Origin: Tubiluchus corallicola
Lineage: Eukaryota > Animalia > Priapulida
Reading direction: 5' to 3'
NCBI GenBank assembly: GCA_030141605.1
Contig: JAQGDQ010001003.1
Location: 7,176-71,175, forward strand
DNA length: 64,000 nucleotides
The notes under the pieces are model-generated. The model searched no databases, was not told where the DNA came from, and was given only the letters and a program-made list of their open reading frames with translations. Position numbers and translations under genes: made by a program. Shown here piece after piece: positions 50,205-63,523 of the stretch (the first letter of the stretch is position 1; each line of letters starts with the position of its first letter).

Positions 50205-52888
50205 CGTGTGTGCATGCGTGTGTGGGTGCGCGTGCGGGTGCGCATGTATAGAAGCAAAACATTTGTTTCAGAGAGTCTTTTGGTACATGCAGCGTGACTA
50301 AAACACTTAGTAAAACTAGCATTTATTGAATCCAAGTATGTCCATCGTGTTTGAACAAACTACTTCTTTTAAAAAAACCACAAAGATCTCATGTTTAGCA
50401 GAAAACTGTGTATATGTACAAAATTAGAAAGGAAAAAGGAAGGGGAATTGGAAATTGGAAATGGAAAACAAAGGGAAAAAAATATACTACAGTAGTACTC
50501 CATAGTACTACAGTAGACGGAACTAGAAGATATAATACTCAAAAAATGTGATAAAGTGGTAAGGAACTTTCCTTGAGCCCTAGATACATGATTTTTTTAT
50601 TATGGGAAGAAGTGATGTACCACTTTATTTGGGAATGAGCGAGCAGCTTCAAACAAATATAAATACAGAATGTGGAAATAGGAAAGCCTTATACTAGACA
50701 CCATGGGTAAGGAGAACTGTTCACTGATCAATGTGTGCTTGGTAATAGAAGTTAAAGCACAAGAAATCATCGTTCATTAATAAACCTTAAAAAACTCGTC
50801 TTGAAATTTTCTATTGCATACAGGGCTTGCGTTTGCAGTAACACTGTGCAAAACTTGCAAATTTGAACTTTCGCGATGACAGTTAGGTGCAGCCATTTTA
50901 ACGGTAGGTCGTTTACATGACGCTGCCTAAAGTTTGAAAAATAACCGGAGCATCTGTTGCACACACTTCACCAACTAAGCAAGAAAAAAGTTCAAACTGC
51001 TTGATATTATCAATAAGATTAAAAGTTCATTAATAATGTGCACACTTAGGTGGCGATGCAGTGATGTTTTACCAGGTGATGCGAATATTTTAAATTAGGA
51101 ATTTTCTTTTTCTAGTTACGTAAGTCTTTCAAACGGCTAAGCGTAATGCTAAAGTAATATAACTTTGTATGGGACGTTTCCCTTAAAGATTCCCTTTTCT
51201 TCCCCTTTGAGCAACACCGAGTTAGTGAATGACCTGGTGAATGACCACCGGTTAAATGGTTTCTTGGTACTGCCTCCAACTATATCTGTCATTGTTAGAT
51301 GCACACGCAGTGAAGATACTTCTATTGTTGCAGTATCTCAGCCTGAAAGATTTGGTTTAGTGCCTAAGCTTGAAAGATTGATTTTTACGATGAGCTACAT
51401 TCCTGTCTTGCCACAAGATTTCAGTTTTATGCATGGGAGCTGTGTGCTGCATTCTTATCTTGCATTGAACCATATAAAAACAGTTTAGTAAGAATTGCCA
51501 CTTCAGTGGGGAGAAGACCCCTTGAATCACCGTTTCAAATACTTTAAAAAGCCGCAATGATATGGGAATTTGAACCTGCAGGAATGCTGTTGTTTTTGCA
51601 GTTGAAAGGTTTTCCATCTTGCTGTTTTCTCAGTACGTGTTGACAGATCCTATAAACCTTGTCAAGACCTCGGCTAGTGATTTTCATCTGAGCTTTTGGT
51701 AGGCGGAGCAAACTTAACATGTTTTTTCTTTACTAGTTGAAACTGGCAATATGGCATACCTTCAGGTTGTTAGAAGTTTTAAATTCTGCCCGACTTTTGG
51801 CAGCTTTTTGACGGAATGTCAGTTAAAATTCATTTGTTGACAATGTGAGAGTAGGCACATGTCTTAATGTAAAACAGTGTGACTGTTATATCTGTATATC
51901 TGTTGTCTGTATATCTTAACCTGTCTGTATGTCTGTGTCTTTGCTGTTTGGTCTCTTTGTCTGTCTGCACTTGTCTATTTAGATTCATCACAAAATTTTG
52001 TGAGTTACTTATGCAGTTACTTATCATAATTAAGGCTTGATGCCAAGTTACTCAAAATTAAAGTTTTACATCTGACCCAGGCTTTGTGCTGTAGCATTTG
52101 AATTCGTTATAATTATGGGGTGAATGAATAGCCAAGTGGTCACACAGGTCACCAAAGTTAAGCAATGCCAAAACTGGTCAGTGGATTAGTGGATGATTCT
52201 TTAGTAGATATGCTCACGGTGGTTTCATTCAGCGTAACGAGTTAACTGTTTACCTGAGGGAGCACATTCAGGTGCTTAACCTTGATGAGCTTAGCCTCAG
52301 GTTGAGCTAGGTACCAGTATTGCTACAAGTGTGCATGCCACTTGAATGCTGGATTTCTGTTTTTAATGTGCCGTACTTTGCAAAGAACATATTTCAGGTT
52401 CTCTTTGAAATGACTTGGTCGTGCCATTCAGTTTTGAAGCAATTCGTCCGAAATATTACACTGTGCTGGAATTACGTACCTTCATTTTTTACCACCCTGC
52501 ATGCGTGTTGCATGTGGCGATGCTCAACTACTTGCTTTTTTGTGAGCACACAATTTTGTGACGGTGGTAGTTTTCAGGGCTCCATGCATTTAGAAATTAG
52601 GCATTTTTTCTTACAGGAATCTGCAAAGCTTCGGTAACCTCTTTCCTTGAAAACTGTGTTGTTTTAGTACGGTCACAGCTGTGTCATTTCTTCTTCATCA
52701 GAACTTGTCATCGATTTTGTTGAAGCATCTTCCTCATCCTGCTTGCCTATCTGCTGAATGAATACGCAACTGGTTTTTTTTTATCAGTGATTCTTTAAGT
52801 TCTGGTGTTAAGACGTAGCAATGATTATCCTTCTGGTTGGTGAAATCCAATCTCAGGTTCTTGCCCTTGACTTGTGCGCAGTAATTTT

Positions 52889-53243
52889 TGTAGTGTAACC
52901 AGTGCTGCTGTAATGTAACCAGTGCTGCTGTAGTGTAACCAGTGCTGCTGTAGTGTAACCAGTGCTGCTGTAGTGTAACCAGTGCTGCTGTAGTGTAACC
53001 AGTGCTGCTGTAGTGTAACCAGTGCTGCTGTAGTGTAACCAGTGCTGCTGTAATGTAACCAGTGCTGCTGTAGTGTAACCAGTGCTGCTGTAGTGTAACC
53101 AGTGCTGCTGTAGTGTAACCAGTGCTGCTGTAATGTAACCAGTGCTGCTGTAGTGTAACCAGTGCTGCTGTAGTGTAACCAGTGCTGCTGTAGTGTAAAC
53201 AGTGCTGCTGTAGTGTAACCAGTGCTGCTGTAGTGTAACCAGT
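52889..53243. repeat. 20-bp minisatellite, about 17 near-identical copies
   Basis: tgtagtgtaaccagtgctgc. Confidence 0.95.
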
Positions 53244-54171
53244 ATCTTTATTTAATCTTTATTTTAATCACCTTTTTTACAAGAAAAACACAGAGCATGA
53301 AACGATAATATGATACAAAGTGACAAAATTATTAAATGAATAAATTATCTGAGTTAATGATATTAAAATGATTGGTGAAAGGGTGGCGAAAAACTAAAAG
53401 TTACCAAAGTCAACCACCCTGTAAGTAATGTTGCTATTAGTAATTAATGATATGCGCAATTATCTTGACGAAGATTTCAGAATAAGGTGTGGTAAATGGA
53501 GCATAAAGTTTACATATGGAGCATAACCAAGTTGCTTAAGTAAGTAAAGGAATGATGAGTGTACTAAGATAGAATTATTGAGATTTAGGTTTAAATTTGA
53601 ACATACATATCAAAATCTGTGTTATTCACAAACAAGATCGGTAGTAGCATATTATTGCTCTGCTTGTACTGTGTTATTACCAAGCACTCGGAATGGGAAC
53701 AGCGGGTACTTTTTTTTAGAATTTTTATTGTTAAATTTAGTATGAGCTTACAAGTTTGCAATGATAATTTACACAGAAAGCATTAAATTAACACAGATTT
53801 TGACACAGAAAACAAACATTAACATATAATTTTTATTGAGACTACTGGTGTGCAAATATGCAACTTTCTCAATTTCTTATGGCAGTTTCCACTTTTTAAA
53901 CCTGTGAGCACTTATTAGCCCATGGGTCATCCATCTAGATGGTGAGGACGGGTCAAGCATCTGCAAACTGTACAGGATGTACTCCTTTTGATGATCACAA
54001 ATCGTGAGGTTTTTTGCTTATTGTGCAAGTCCAGAAAGCACCAATCTCTTGCTGCAGCTGCATGACAAGCCTTTGACTTTTGTCAATGTCGGGCCTTTTT
54101 TGTAAGAAGTTTCCAGAATTTAAAAATGAAAATGAAATTTAGCAAATCCACAAATAACTGCTCAACCTGAC

Positions 54172-55795
54172 CAAGAAAAGTTGCTAAAGTCATGAAAATT
54201 ATACATCCTCATTAAGAAAAGTTGCTAAGCTCATGGAGATTATTTACCCTTGTTGAAATTATGCATCCTCATTAAGAAAAGTTGCTAAACTCATGAAAAT
54301 TATTAAGCCTATTAAGAAAAGTTGCTAAAGTCATGAAAATTATTAAGCCTATTAAGAAAAGTTGCTAAAGTCATGAAAATTATTAAGCCTATTAAGAAAA
54401 GTTGCTAAAGTCATGAAAATTATTAAGCCTATTAAGAAAAGTTGCTAAACTCATGGAAATTATTAAGCCTATTAAGAAAAGTTGCTAAAGTCATGAAAAT
54501 TATTAAGCCTATTAAGAAAAGTTGCTAAAGTCATGAAAATTATTAAGCCTATTAAGAAAAGTTGCTAAAGTCATGAAAATTATTCACCCTCATCAAAATT
54601 ATGCATCCTCCTCAAGAAAAGTTGCTAAACTCATGGAAATTACTCAACATCATTAAGAAAAGTTGCTAAACTCATGGAAATTATTCACCCTCATCAAAAT
54701 TATGCATCCTCCTCAAGAAAAGTTGCTAAACTCATGGAAATTACTCAACATCATTAAGAAAAGTTGCTAAACTCATGGAAATTACTCAACATCATTAAGA
54801 AAAGTTGCTAAACTCATGGAAATTACTCAACATCATTAAGAAAAGCTGGTAAACTCGTGAAAATTATACATCCTCATGAAGAAAAGTTGCTAAACTCATG
54901 GAAATTACTCAACATCATTAAGAAAAGTTGCTAAACTCATGTCAATTACTCAACATCATTAAGAAAAGTTGCTAAACTCATGGAAATTACTCAATATCAT
55001 TAAGAAAAGCTGGTAAACTCGTGAAAATTATACATCCTCATGAAGAAAAGTTGCTAAACTCATGGAAATTACTCAACATCATTAAGAAAAGTTGCTAAAC
55101 TCATGTCAATTACTCAACATCATTAAGAAAAGTTGTTAAACTCATGGAAATTACTCAATATCATTAAGAAAAGCTGATAAACTCGTGAAAATTATACATC
55201 CTCATGAAGAAAAGTTGCTAAACTCACGAAAATTATTAAGCCTATTAAGAAAAGTTGCTAAAGTCATGAAAATTATTAAGCCTATTAAGAAAAGTTGCTA
55301 AAGTCATGAAAATTATTAAGCCTATTAAGAAAAGTTGCTAAAGTCATGAAAATTATTAAGCCTATTAAGAAAAGTTGCTAAACTCATGGAAATTATTAAG
55401 CCTATTAAGAAAAGTTGCTAAAGTCATGAAAATTATTAAGCCTATTAAGAAAAGTTGCTAAAGTCATAAAAATTATTAAACCTATTAAGAAAAGTTGCTA
55501 AAGTCATGAAAATTATTAAGCCTATTAAGAAAAGTTGCTAAACTCATGGAAATTACTCACCCTCATTAAGAAAAGTTGCTAAACTCATGGAAATTACTCA
55601 ACGTCATTAAGAAAAGTTGCTAAACTCATGGAAATTATACATCCTCATGAAGAAAAGTTGCTAAACTCATGAAAATTACTCAACGTCATTAAGAAAAGCT
55701 GCTAAACTCGTGAAAATTATACATCCTCATGAAGAAAAGTTGCTAAACTCATGGAAATTATTCACCCTCATTAAGAAAAGCTACTGGGTTCATGA
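54172..55795. repeat. 40-bp minisatellite
   Basis: attaagaaaagttgctaaagtcatgaaaattattaagcct and variants. Confidence 0.93.
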
Positions 55796-56467
55796 AAACT
55801 CCAATAATAAGAAAGATTGATTATTCTTGGAAAACTGGTGAACTTAATTAAGAAAAATTACTAAATCGGGAAATATTGCAAATTTTATGACAAAATAAAG
55901 AAACAAACATCAAATAAGTACGTATATGCCAGGTTATGTAAACAATGAAAAGAAGTTGTTTACAATGTCTAGGTTAAATAATTATAGTCAAGTTGCTACC
56001 AAGTTTTTTGCTTTTCGTGTTTTTGAAAATTCAGCTAGAAAATTTCTGCGGAATGTTCAGGGGTGGATAATTAGTCTCAATGTTTTTCTGCAAGCAACTC
56101 AACTAGTTATTATTGGAGCTAAATCTGGGTATGAGATGTCTGCCATGCCGTGCTGTGATTGGACGAGACCCCGTCACGTGACCTAGCAGCAATCTGGCCT
56201 CTGGCGTGCTTGTTGTTTGTACTGTTGGGTTTCTTTAGTGTGCAGGGTCAGTGGAGATATGTGTGCAGCTGTTGTGTTCTTTGCTGTGTGCTGTGCTTTG
56301 TAATTTTTGCATTTTTTGAGTCAAAGGAAACAGTGTATTTCAAGGAGTCTCAAGGTAACGTTCACATTTTGTGCATTTGGCACTGGATCTTTGAAAGTGT
56401 TGACATTTGATTTTAGTGGTGTGACACCGAGCATCTGCCTCACCGAAATAATTCAACGTTCACATTA

Positions 56468-56883
56468 AAGTGAACACGAATTCTGTTCCACTTTTAAGTG
56501 AACGCGAATTCTGTTCCACTTCTAAGTGAACGCGAATTCTGTTCCACTTCTAAGTGAACGCGAATTCTTTTCCACTTCTAAGTGAACGCGAATTCTGTTC
56601 CACTTCTAAGTGAACGCGAATTCTGTTCCACTTGTAAGTGAACGCGAATTCTGTTCCACTTGTAAGTGAACACGAATTCTGTTCCACTTGTAAGTGAACA
56701 CGAATTCTGTTCCACTTCTAAGTGAACACGAATTCTGTTCCACTTGCAAGTGAACACGAATTCTGTTCCACTTCTAAGTGAACGCAAATTCTGTTCCGCT
56801 TCTAAGTGAACGCGAATTCTGTTCCACTTCTAAGTGAATGCGAATTCTGTTCCACTTCTAAGTGAACACGAATTCTGCTCCAC
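56468..56883. repeat. 28-bp quasi-palindromic minisatellite, about 15 copies
   Basis: aagtgaacgcgaattctgttccacttct. Confidence 0.93.
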
Positions 56884-57779
56884 ACCTGAAAACAATTAGC
56901 CCACCTGTATGCACTCTGCACACCATAGTCTGCATTACGAATCTTAGTAACATTATGCATTCGAACTGTGACTCATCTGCAGATGTGGGAATCTGTGGTT
57001 CAACAAACTGATCGTTGTCTAATCCAGTTATGGATCCATATCCACTTTTCGCTACTCTGTAATTCTGACTGTCGCGCCGATACTAATGGTTGAGTTTTTG
57101 TATACGCCCTAGATCAGCTTTTCTTATTTACACGCTGGTTATTAAGAAGTTTTTTTGCGGAGCCGAATTTGTTTGTCTTTCACTCTGAATTAGGATCTGG
57201 AGATTTTTTCAGAAAGATTGCCGCCTTTTGCTTTGAAGTATTGTTTTGTTTTGCAAAAATTTCTCGTGCATTGCTGTTATTGTAAGAGTAGATGTATCAT
57301 TCATCATAACCTCATTCGTTAGAACCTAAACATTGCTTAAAAGTGACATATTAATTTAAACATCCGTGTCATACATAATTTGCAATGAATGGAATAGTAC
57401 ACCACCAGCTGAGATATTGACACGTGATCAATTTATTGATTATTGGTGATTATTATTTACATTTTGCACTTCATCAACTATTGGCTAGAGTTTTATGCTT
57501 TTCCTCGTTTTTGATATAGGTAACACACAAGCAAGAATAATCGAACTGTTTGCTTTTCAATTTCTTGGTTATTTGTTCCACATATATTAAATCATTGGAA
57601 AGTTGCTTTGTAGTTTGACCTGTTTATTTATGAAATTGTCCCGTCCATAAAAACATAACCACAAGCATGACATAACCATTACCATTACGTTTTAATGTTA
57701 ATGTTAATGTTAACTTCTGTTAGAACCAAGTCTCTAGACAGATGATAAATATTAAATGTTCTTTTTTCGTCGTTCAAAC

Positions 57780-58630
57780 GAATGTTCTTTGTTAATATGT
57801 AAATGTTTCAAACATATGTTGTGTATATTGCTGTTGTGTATATTGCAACTGTTTTAAACATATGTTTTTTGTTAATATGTGAGTGCTTCATACATATGTT
57901 GTGTACATTGCAACTGTTCAAACATATGTTCTTTGTTAATGTGTAAATGTTTCAAACGTATGTTGTGTATATTGCAACTGTTTTAAACATATGTTTTTTG
58001 TTAATATGTGTTGAATTCATATGTTGAGTGCATTGCAACTGTTTTAAACATGTGTTTTTTGTTAATATGTGTTTAATTCATATGTTGTGTGCATTGCAAC
58101 TGTTTTAAATGTATGTTGTTTGTTAATGTGTAAGTGTTTCATACATATTTTGTGTACATTGCAATTGTTTTAAACGTTATGTTCTTTGTTAATGTGCAAG
58201 TGTTTCGTACATATGTTGTGTACATTGCAATTGTTTTAAACGTATATTCTTCGTTAACATGCAAGTGTTTCTTCCATATGTTGTGTACATTGCAACTGTT
58301 TTAAGCATATGTTTTTTTTAATATGTGTTTAATTCATATGTTGTGTGCATTGCAACTGTTTTAAATGTATGTTCTTTGTTAATATGTAAGTGCTTCATAC
58401 ATATGTTGTGTACATTGCAACTGTTCAAACGTATATTCTTTTTTAACATGCAAGTGTTTCATGCATATGCTGTGTATATTGCAGCTGTTTTAAACATATG
58501 TTCTTTGTTAATATGTAAGTGTTTCATACATATGTTGTGTACTTTTTGAACGTATGTTTTGAACGTCTGCAACTGTTTTGAACGTCTGCAACTGTTTTGA
58601 ACGTCTGCAATTGTCTTGAACGTATGTTTT
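57780..58630. repeat. Diverged 60-70-bp tandem repeat
   Basis: Recurrent catatgttgtgtacattgcaactgttttaaac...ttgttaatatgt. Confidence 0.8.
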
Positions 58631-59083
58631 TATGCACATATCCTGTTTTAGCCAGGAAATTTTATTCACATAATGTAATTTTACTATGACTTCATGCCCT
58701 GAATTGTATGTAAACTTCTCGTTTTAACTATTACAAAAACACGCAACACTGATAATATGATAAATAATTTTTATTGGTGGAGCAAGCTGATGAGGAAAAC
58801 CGCAAATCCATTGGAAACATAATTCTTCCTGTTTTAGTTCATTTCTCTTTACTGGAATCTGTGCAATTTGTGTCACTAAGCCTGCAATGATCTTTTCAGC
58901 CGCAGATTTAAGTTTGTCTGGTAAAGGAGGACGCCGCTACAATGTTTACCAAACAAAATGCTTTGGGCATTCTGTGTTCTTTTCTTACCGAGTAGCATGC
59001 AGGATTGACATTGAGTAGTCTGGTCTGTGAGACGATGGCTGTTGGGTGTATTGTGTTACTGAGGTCATGGTAACTTTACTCCC
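58607..59083 (+). repeat. Left arm of a long inverted repeat
   Basis: Reverse complement of 63524-64000. Paired end coordinates both sum to 122607, so there is no net indel, and no mismatch was seen by eye. Confidence 0.95.
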
Positions 59084-59273
59084 TGTATCAAAGACTTTCT
59101 CTCTCACAGAGGAACAATCTTTCGTAAGATTATCTTCTGGCAAAAGTAATAAGATCCAGAAAACCATTTTTCATCTAGTAGTGACGAGTGTGAAATGCTG
59201 ACATTTCTTCATGTTTAACTCAAACATTGAAAAAAAAGACAAAAAAATGATATGGAAAAGCACAGTAATTTCT

Positions 59274-59787
59274 AATGGCCACTCTAGATGACTTCAATAC
59301 GTGAATGGCCACTCTAGATGACTTCCATACGTGAATGACCACTCTAGATGACTTCAAAACGTGAATGGCCACTCTAGATGACTTTCATGCGTGAATGGCC
59401 ACACTCTAGATGACTTCCATGTGTGAATGGCCACTCTAGATGACTTCCATGTGTGAATGGCCACTCTAGATGACTTCCATTCGTGAATGGCCACTCTAGA
59501 TGACTTCAATTCGTCAATGACTACTCTAGATGACTTTAATATGTGAATGGCCATTCTAGATGACTTTCATTCGTGAACGGCCACACTCTAGATGACTTCC
59601 ATGTGTGAATGGCCACTCTAGATGACTTCCATGTGTGAATGGCCACTCTAGATGACTTCCATTCGTGAATGGCCACTCTAGATGACTTCAATTCGTCAAT
59701 GACTACTCTAGATGACTTCAATATGTGAATGGCCATTCTAGATGACTTTCATTCGTGAACGGCCACTCTGGATGACTTCCATACGTG
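59274..59787. repeat. 30-bp minisatellite with a 182-bp higher-order duplication
   Basis: gtgtgaatggccactctagatgacttccat; the duplicated minus-strand ORFs at 59354 and 59536 show the 182-bp period. Confidence 0.9.
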
Positions 59788-60855
59788 AGAAGTAGAGAAG
59801 AGATTTATTTGGGATCTGCTCTAAGTGTCGACAAATATGTATTCACGTAGATGTATACCATGAGATGCCCTAACTTTGTGTTACTAGCAAAAATGGGTTG
59901 CTTTATTTTTTGCTGCAAGCAATGATGTTCCTAGCAAAATGTGATCTATTGTGTACGAGTTTAGTGTTATTCATTCAAACATTTCTCTTAAAGCACCCTC
60001 GTAGAAAGAAAAAACAAACAGTTATTTAAAGCCAGTATAAGGTCAAGCCAAATTTGGGATATCTTCACAATAACAGCGCTGTGATTAACTTGGCCACACA
60101 GTACACATAAATGCATTTTAGCCTGTCATCTCACGAAAACTCTGCATACCCCACACTTCACGAAAGGGATAGTTTTAACATCAAGTTCTATATGCAAAAT
60201 TCTCAGAACAGCTATTCAAGTCAGTAGTTTTGGACGTTATTTGATGATTTTACATCTTACTAATGCTTATTAAATAAATTTATTAGCTAAATTTCACTGC
60301 GATGTCACAATGTAATAGTACAATAAGCCTTTTCAACGTTTAAGTATACCACAGAAATGCATCTTAACTATATCTGTCACGTGACATGTGGGTAAAGCAA
60401 AGCTGTCTGCCGCATCAGTACAGTAAATTCAATTGTTTTAGGTCAATTTACTTGATACTTTACTTGATTATGAGTGATTTACTAGCAACAATTTTGCTTG
60501 GGAACAGAAAAAAATGAACTAGGTAAAGTTCTAGTTAGCTGTTAAAACTGTTACTATTACAACAGCATGAGCAGCGAGGCACTGTCAAGTGTACACAAAT
60601 GCATTCTCTGGCACACTTGACCTTTGACCTTTGCACGATCATCATCAATCGCTGGAACAGTGAAAAGGCTTATTTTGTTAACAAGACACATTCTAAATCT
60701 TTCTTATAAGGTATAATAATACAGGGTGATAATAGCTATGAATGCACAAAGAATCATATCTAAATTAGTAGCGCAAATAATTTCACCACTGATGTGGAAA
60801 GTATGCTGTTAGCTAAGAGTCAAATTTCAATGAATTGACTACAAAATGAACTTAC

Positions 60856-61050
60856 ATCGTCTGCTCTCTGATGAAAAGAGACTGATTGGTCCAGCAGGAC
60901 TTTGCGCAGTTCTAGCTGCGCATTCAGGTCCTTCCAGGCCTGTCCCAACGATTCGGCCATTGCTTGATAAACTTCCTGTGTCGATCCTTTCTGTGTGTGA
61001 ATTAATGTGTCGGCTTGGCCAAGCAGTTCTACAACATTCTCCTGCTTCGC
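60856..61050 (-). CDS. CCDC141: CCDC141-like exon 3, inverted relative to exons 1-2
   Basis: Minus strand tattttgcAG|GCG...GAT|GTAAGT, 195 nt, phase 0/0. AKQENVVELLGQAD...QEVYQAMAESLGQAWKDLNAQLELR versus recalled ALEDRVWELLQEAD...QVYDAMAETLGEAW. Confidence 0.88.
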
Positions 61051-61120
61051 CTGCAAAATAACATTTAACTTAGTTCAGAATTTTATTGGTATTACTAAAA
61101 CATGGTCCACTGGTTCTTAT

Positions 61121-62060
61121 CTATCCTACATGTTTCTAATCTATCCTACGTGTTCCTATTCTATCCTACATGTTCCTATTCTATCCTACGTGTTCCAAAT
61201 CTATCCTACGTGTTCCAAATCTATCCTACACGTTTCTAATCTATCTTACATGTTTCTAATCTATCTTACATGTTCCTAATCTAGCCTACATGTTTCTAAT
61301 CTATCTTACATGTTTCTAATCTATCTTACATGTTCCAAATCTATCCTACATGTTCCAAATCTATCCTACATGTTCCAAATCTATCCTACATGTTCCAAAT
61401 CTATCCTACATGTTTCTAAACTATCTTACATGTTCCTAATCTATCTTACAAGTTCCTAATCTATCCTACATGTTTCTAATCTATCTTACATGTTTCTAAT
61501 CTATCTTACATGTTCCTAATCTAGCCTACATGTTCCTAATCTATCTTACATGTTCCTAATCTAGCCTACATGTTTCTAATCTATCTTACATGTTTCTAAT
61601 CTATCTTACATGTTCCAAATCTATCCTACATGTTCCAAATCTATCCTACGTGTTCCCAATCTATCCTGCATGTTCCTAATCTGTCCTAAATGTTCCTAAT
61701 CCATCCTACATGTTCCTAATCTGTCCTACATGTTCCTAATCTGTCCTACATGTTCCTAATCTGTCCTAAATGTTCCTAATCTGTCCTACATGTTCCTAAT
61801 CTGTCCTAAATGTTCCTAATCTGTCCTACATGTTCCTAATCTGTCCTAAATGTTCCTAATCTGTCCTACATGTTCCTAATCTGTCCTACATGTTCCTAAT
61901 CTGTCCTACATGTTCCTAATCTGTCCTACACGTTCCTAAACTATCCTACGTGTTCCCAATCTATCCTACGTGTTCCAAATCTATCCTACATGTTCCTAAT
62001 CTAACCTACATGTTTCTAATCTATCCTACATGTTCCTAATCTGTCCTACATTTTCCTATT
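61121..62060. repeat. 20-bp minisatellite
   Basis: ctatcctacatgttcctaat. Confidence 0.93.
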
Positions 62061-62479
62061 CATTTTCCTCTTGATTTTGTTTTGTTGTTAAATTAGTTTA
62101 ACTTACAACTGTAATTCTGCATCTTGTGTCAATCATTGTGTAAATATCTGAGGTGTATTATCTGCTTAACTGCTGTCTGCCAAAGATTATTTTCCGTCGA
62201 AAGATAAAAATGTTTCATAAAAAAAACACCCGTCAATAGCAGCAATCTTCACAACAAAGCACAAGCAATACGTAACATATGAAGTTTATTTAGTAATAAT
62301 AGTTTATGCGGCATACTCCAGTGACAACACCTTAAGTAACCCAACACTTATTTCCACGGTGCTCCTAATTATTATTATTATCTTAATATGTCATATATAT
62401 TATATCATATATATACACATATATCATAAATCCGTGGGCTTAGCAGAAAAGCCAACAGTAAGAATTTTTTAAATTTTTT

Positions 62480-62548
62480 GTGACTCAGTCAGGAATTGAA
62501 CCAGTGACCTCCAAAATGGGATGACAGCACGCTATCACTGAGCTGCAC
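62480..62548 (-). mobile_element. tRNA-derived SINE head or tRNA pseudogene
   Basis: Minus strand gtgcAGCTCAGTGATAGcg...GGTTCAATTCCtga has A and B boxes at tRNA-like spacing but no clean cloverleaf. Confidence 0.5.
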
Positions 62549-63019
62549 TCTCAGAACATAAAAAGTTTAAAACCATCATTTAAAAATTGAGAAATAAGTT
62601 CTTACAATATTTAACTTGAATGCATCATGCATATTGCCTAAATTTTTAAATTCTAATAAGAAACAGTTTGTTCTCATCAAAGACTTACGTCCAGGACTAT
62701 CACTTAATAAAACTGACTTGAATTAAGCTTCTACAATTACAAGAAAGAGAAACTGTTCATCTAACCACTCAATGTGAACTGTCTGAATGCGTCACAATAT
62801 GAATTACTTGATTCCACATATAGGCAGCTGCTGGACAAGGAAACAAATGTTATCACAGATTTGGCAAAAGAGTGAATGTTATCACCCACAGCTAAAATAT
62901 ATTTCCGTCAGCTGTCAGACAGCAAAACAAACATTATCAAATGTTAGTAAAACTATAAATGTTATGCCTTTTGACCCATCCAAACTGCTGCAAAACATGG
63001 ACATGAATGTTGACCGTTC

Positions 63020-63462
63020 CAGCAGAACTGTGAATGTCATCTATCCAAGCAGTACTACGAATGTCATCTGTCTCAGCAGAACTATGTCATCTGTCCCAGC
63101 AGAACTATGAATGTCATCTGTCCCAGTAGAACTATGTCATCCATCCCAGCAGAACTATGAATGTCATCAGTCCAAGCAGAACAACAAATATTGTCGCTCT
63201 CAACAGAACTATGAATGTCATCAGTCCAAGCAGAACTACAAATGTCATCCGTCCCAGCAACTATGAATGACATCTGTCCCAGCAGAACTATGAATGACAT
63301 CTGTCAAAGGAGAACCATGAATGTCATCCATCTCAGCAGAACTATGAATGACATCCGTCAAAGCAGAACCATGAATGTCATCCATCTCAGCAGAACTATG
63401 AATGACATCCGTCAAAGCAGAACCATGAATGTCATCCATCCCAGCAGAACTATGACTGTCAT
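63020..63462. repeat. About 30-bp diverged minisatellite
   Basis: cagcagaactatgaatgtcatctgtcc. Confidence 0.82.
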
Positions 63463-63523
63463 CCCCTTCCCTCCTCTGCAACACAGGGTATCTCGAGCAA
63501 CATCATAGGTAAAATTTCAGAGG

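Noticed and set aside
52120-52200. 5S rRNA-like box (gtcaccaaagttaagca), with a similar reverse trace near 11430-11490
   Set aside because: Too short and degenerate for a 5S gene; at most a SINE remnant.
56468-56883. 28-bp partly palindromic repeat resembling a CRISPR direct repeat
   Set aside because: Units are contiguous with no unique spacers, there are no cas genes, and the context is a eukaryotic intron.
60820-61061. Independent antisense gene, or the + strand 71-aa ORF
   Set aside because: The minus frame continues the CCDC141-like protein exactly after exon 2; the + ORF has no recognisable features.
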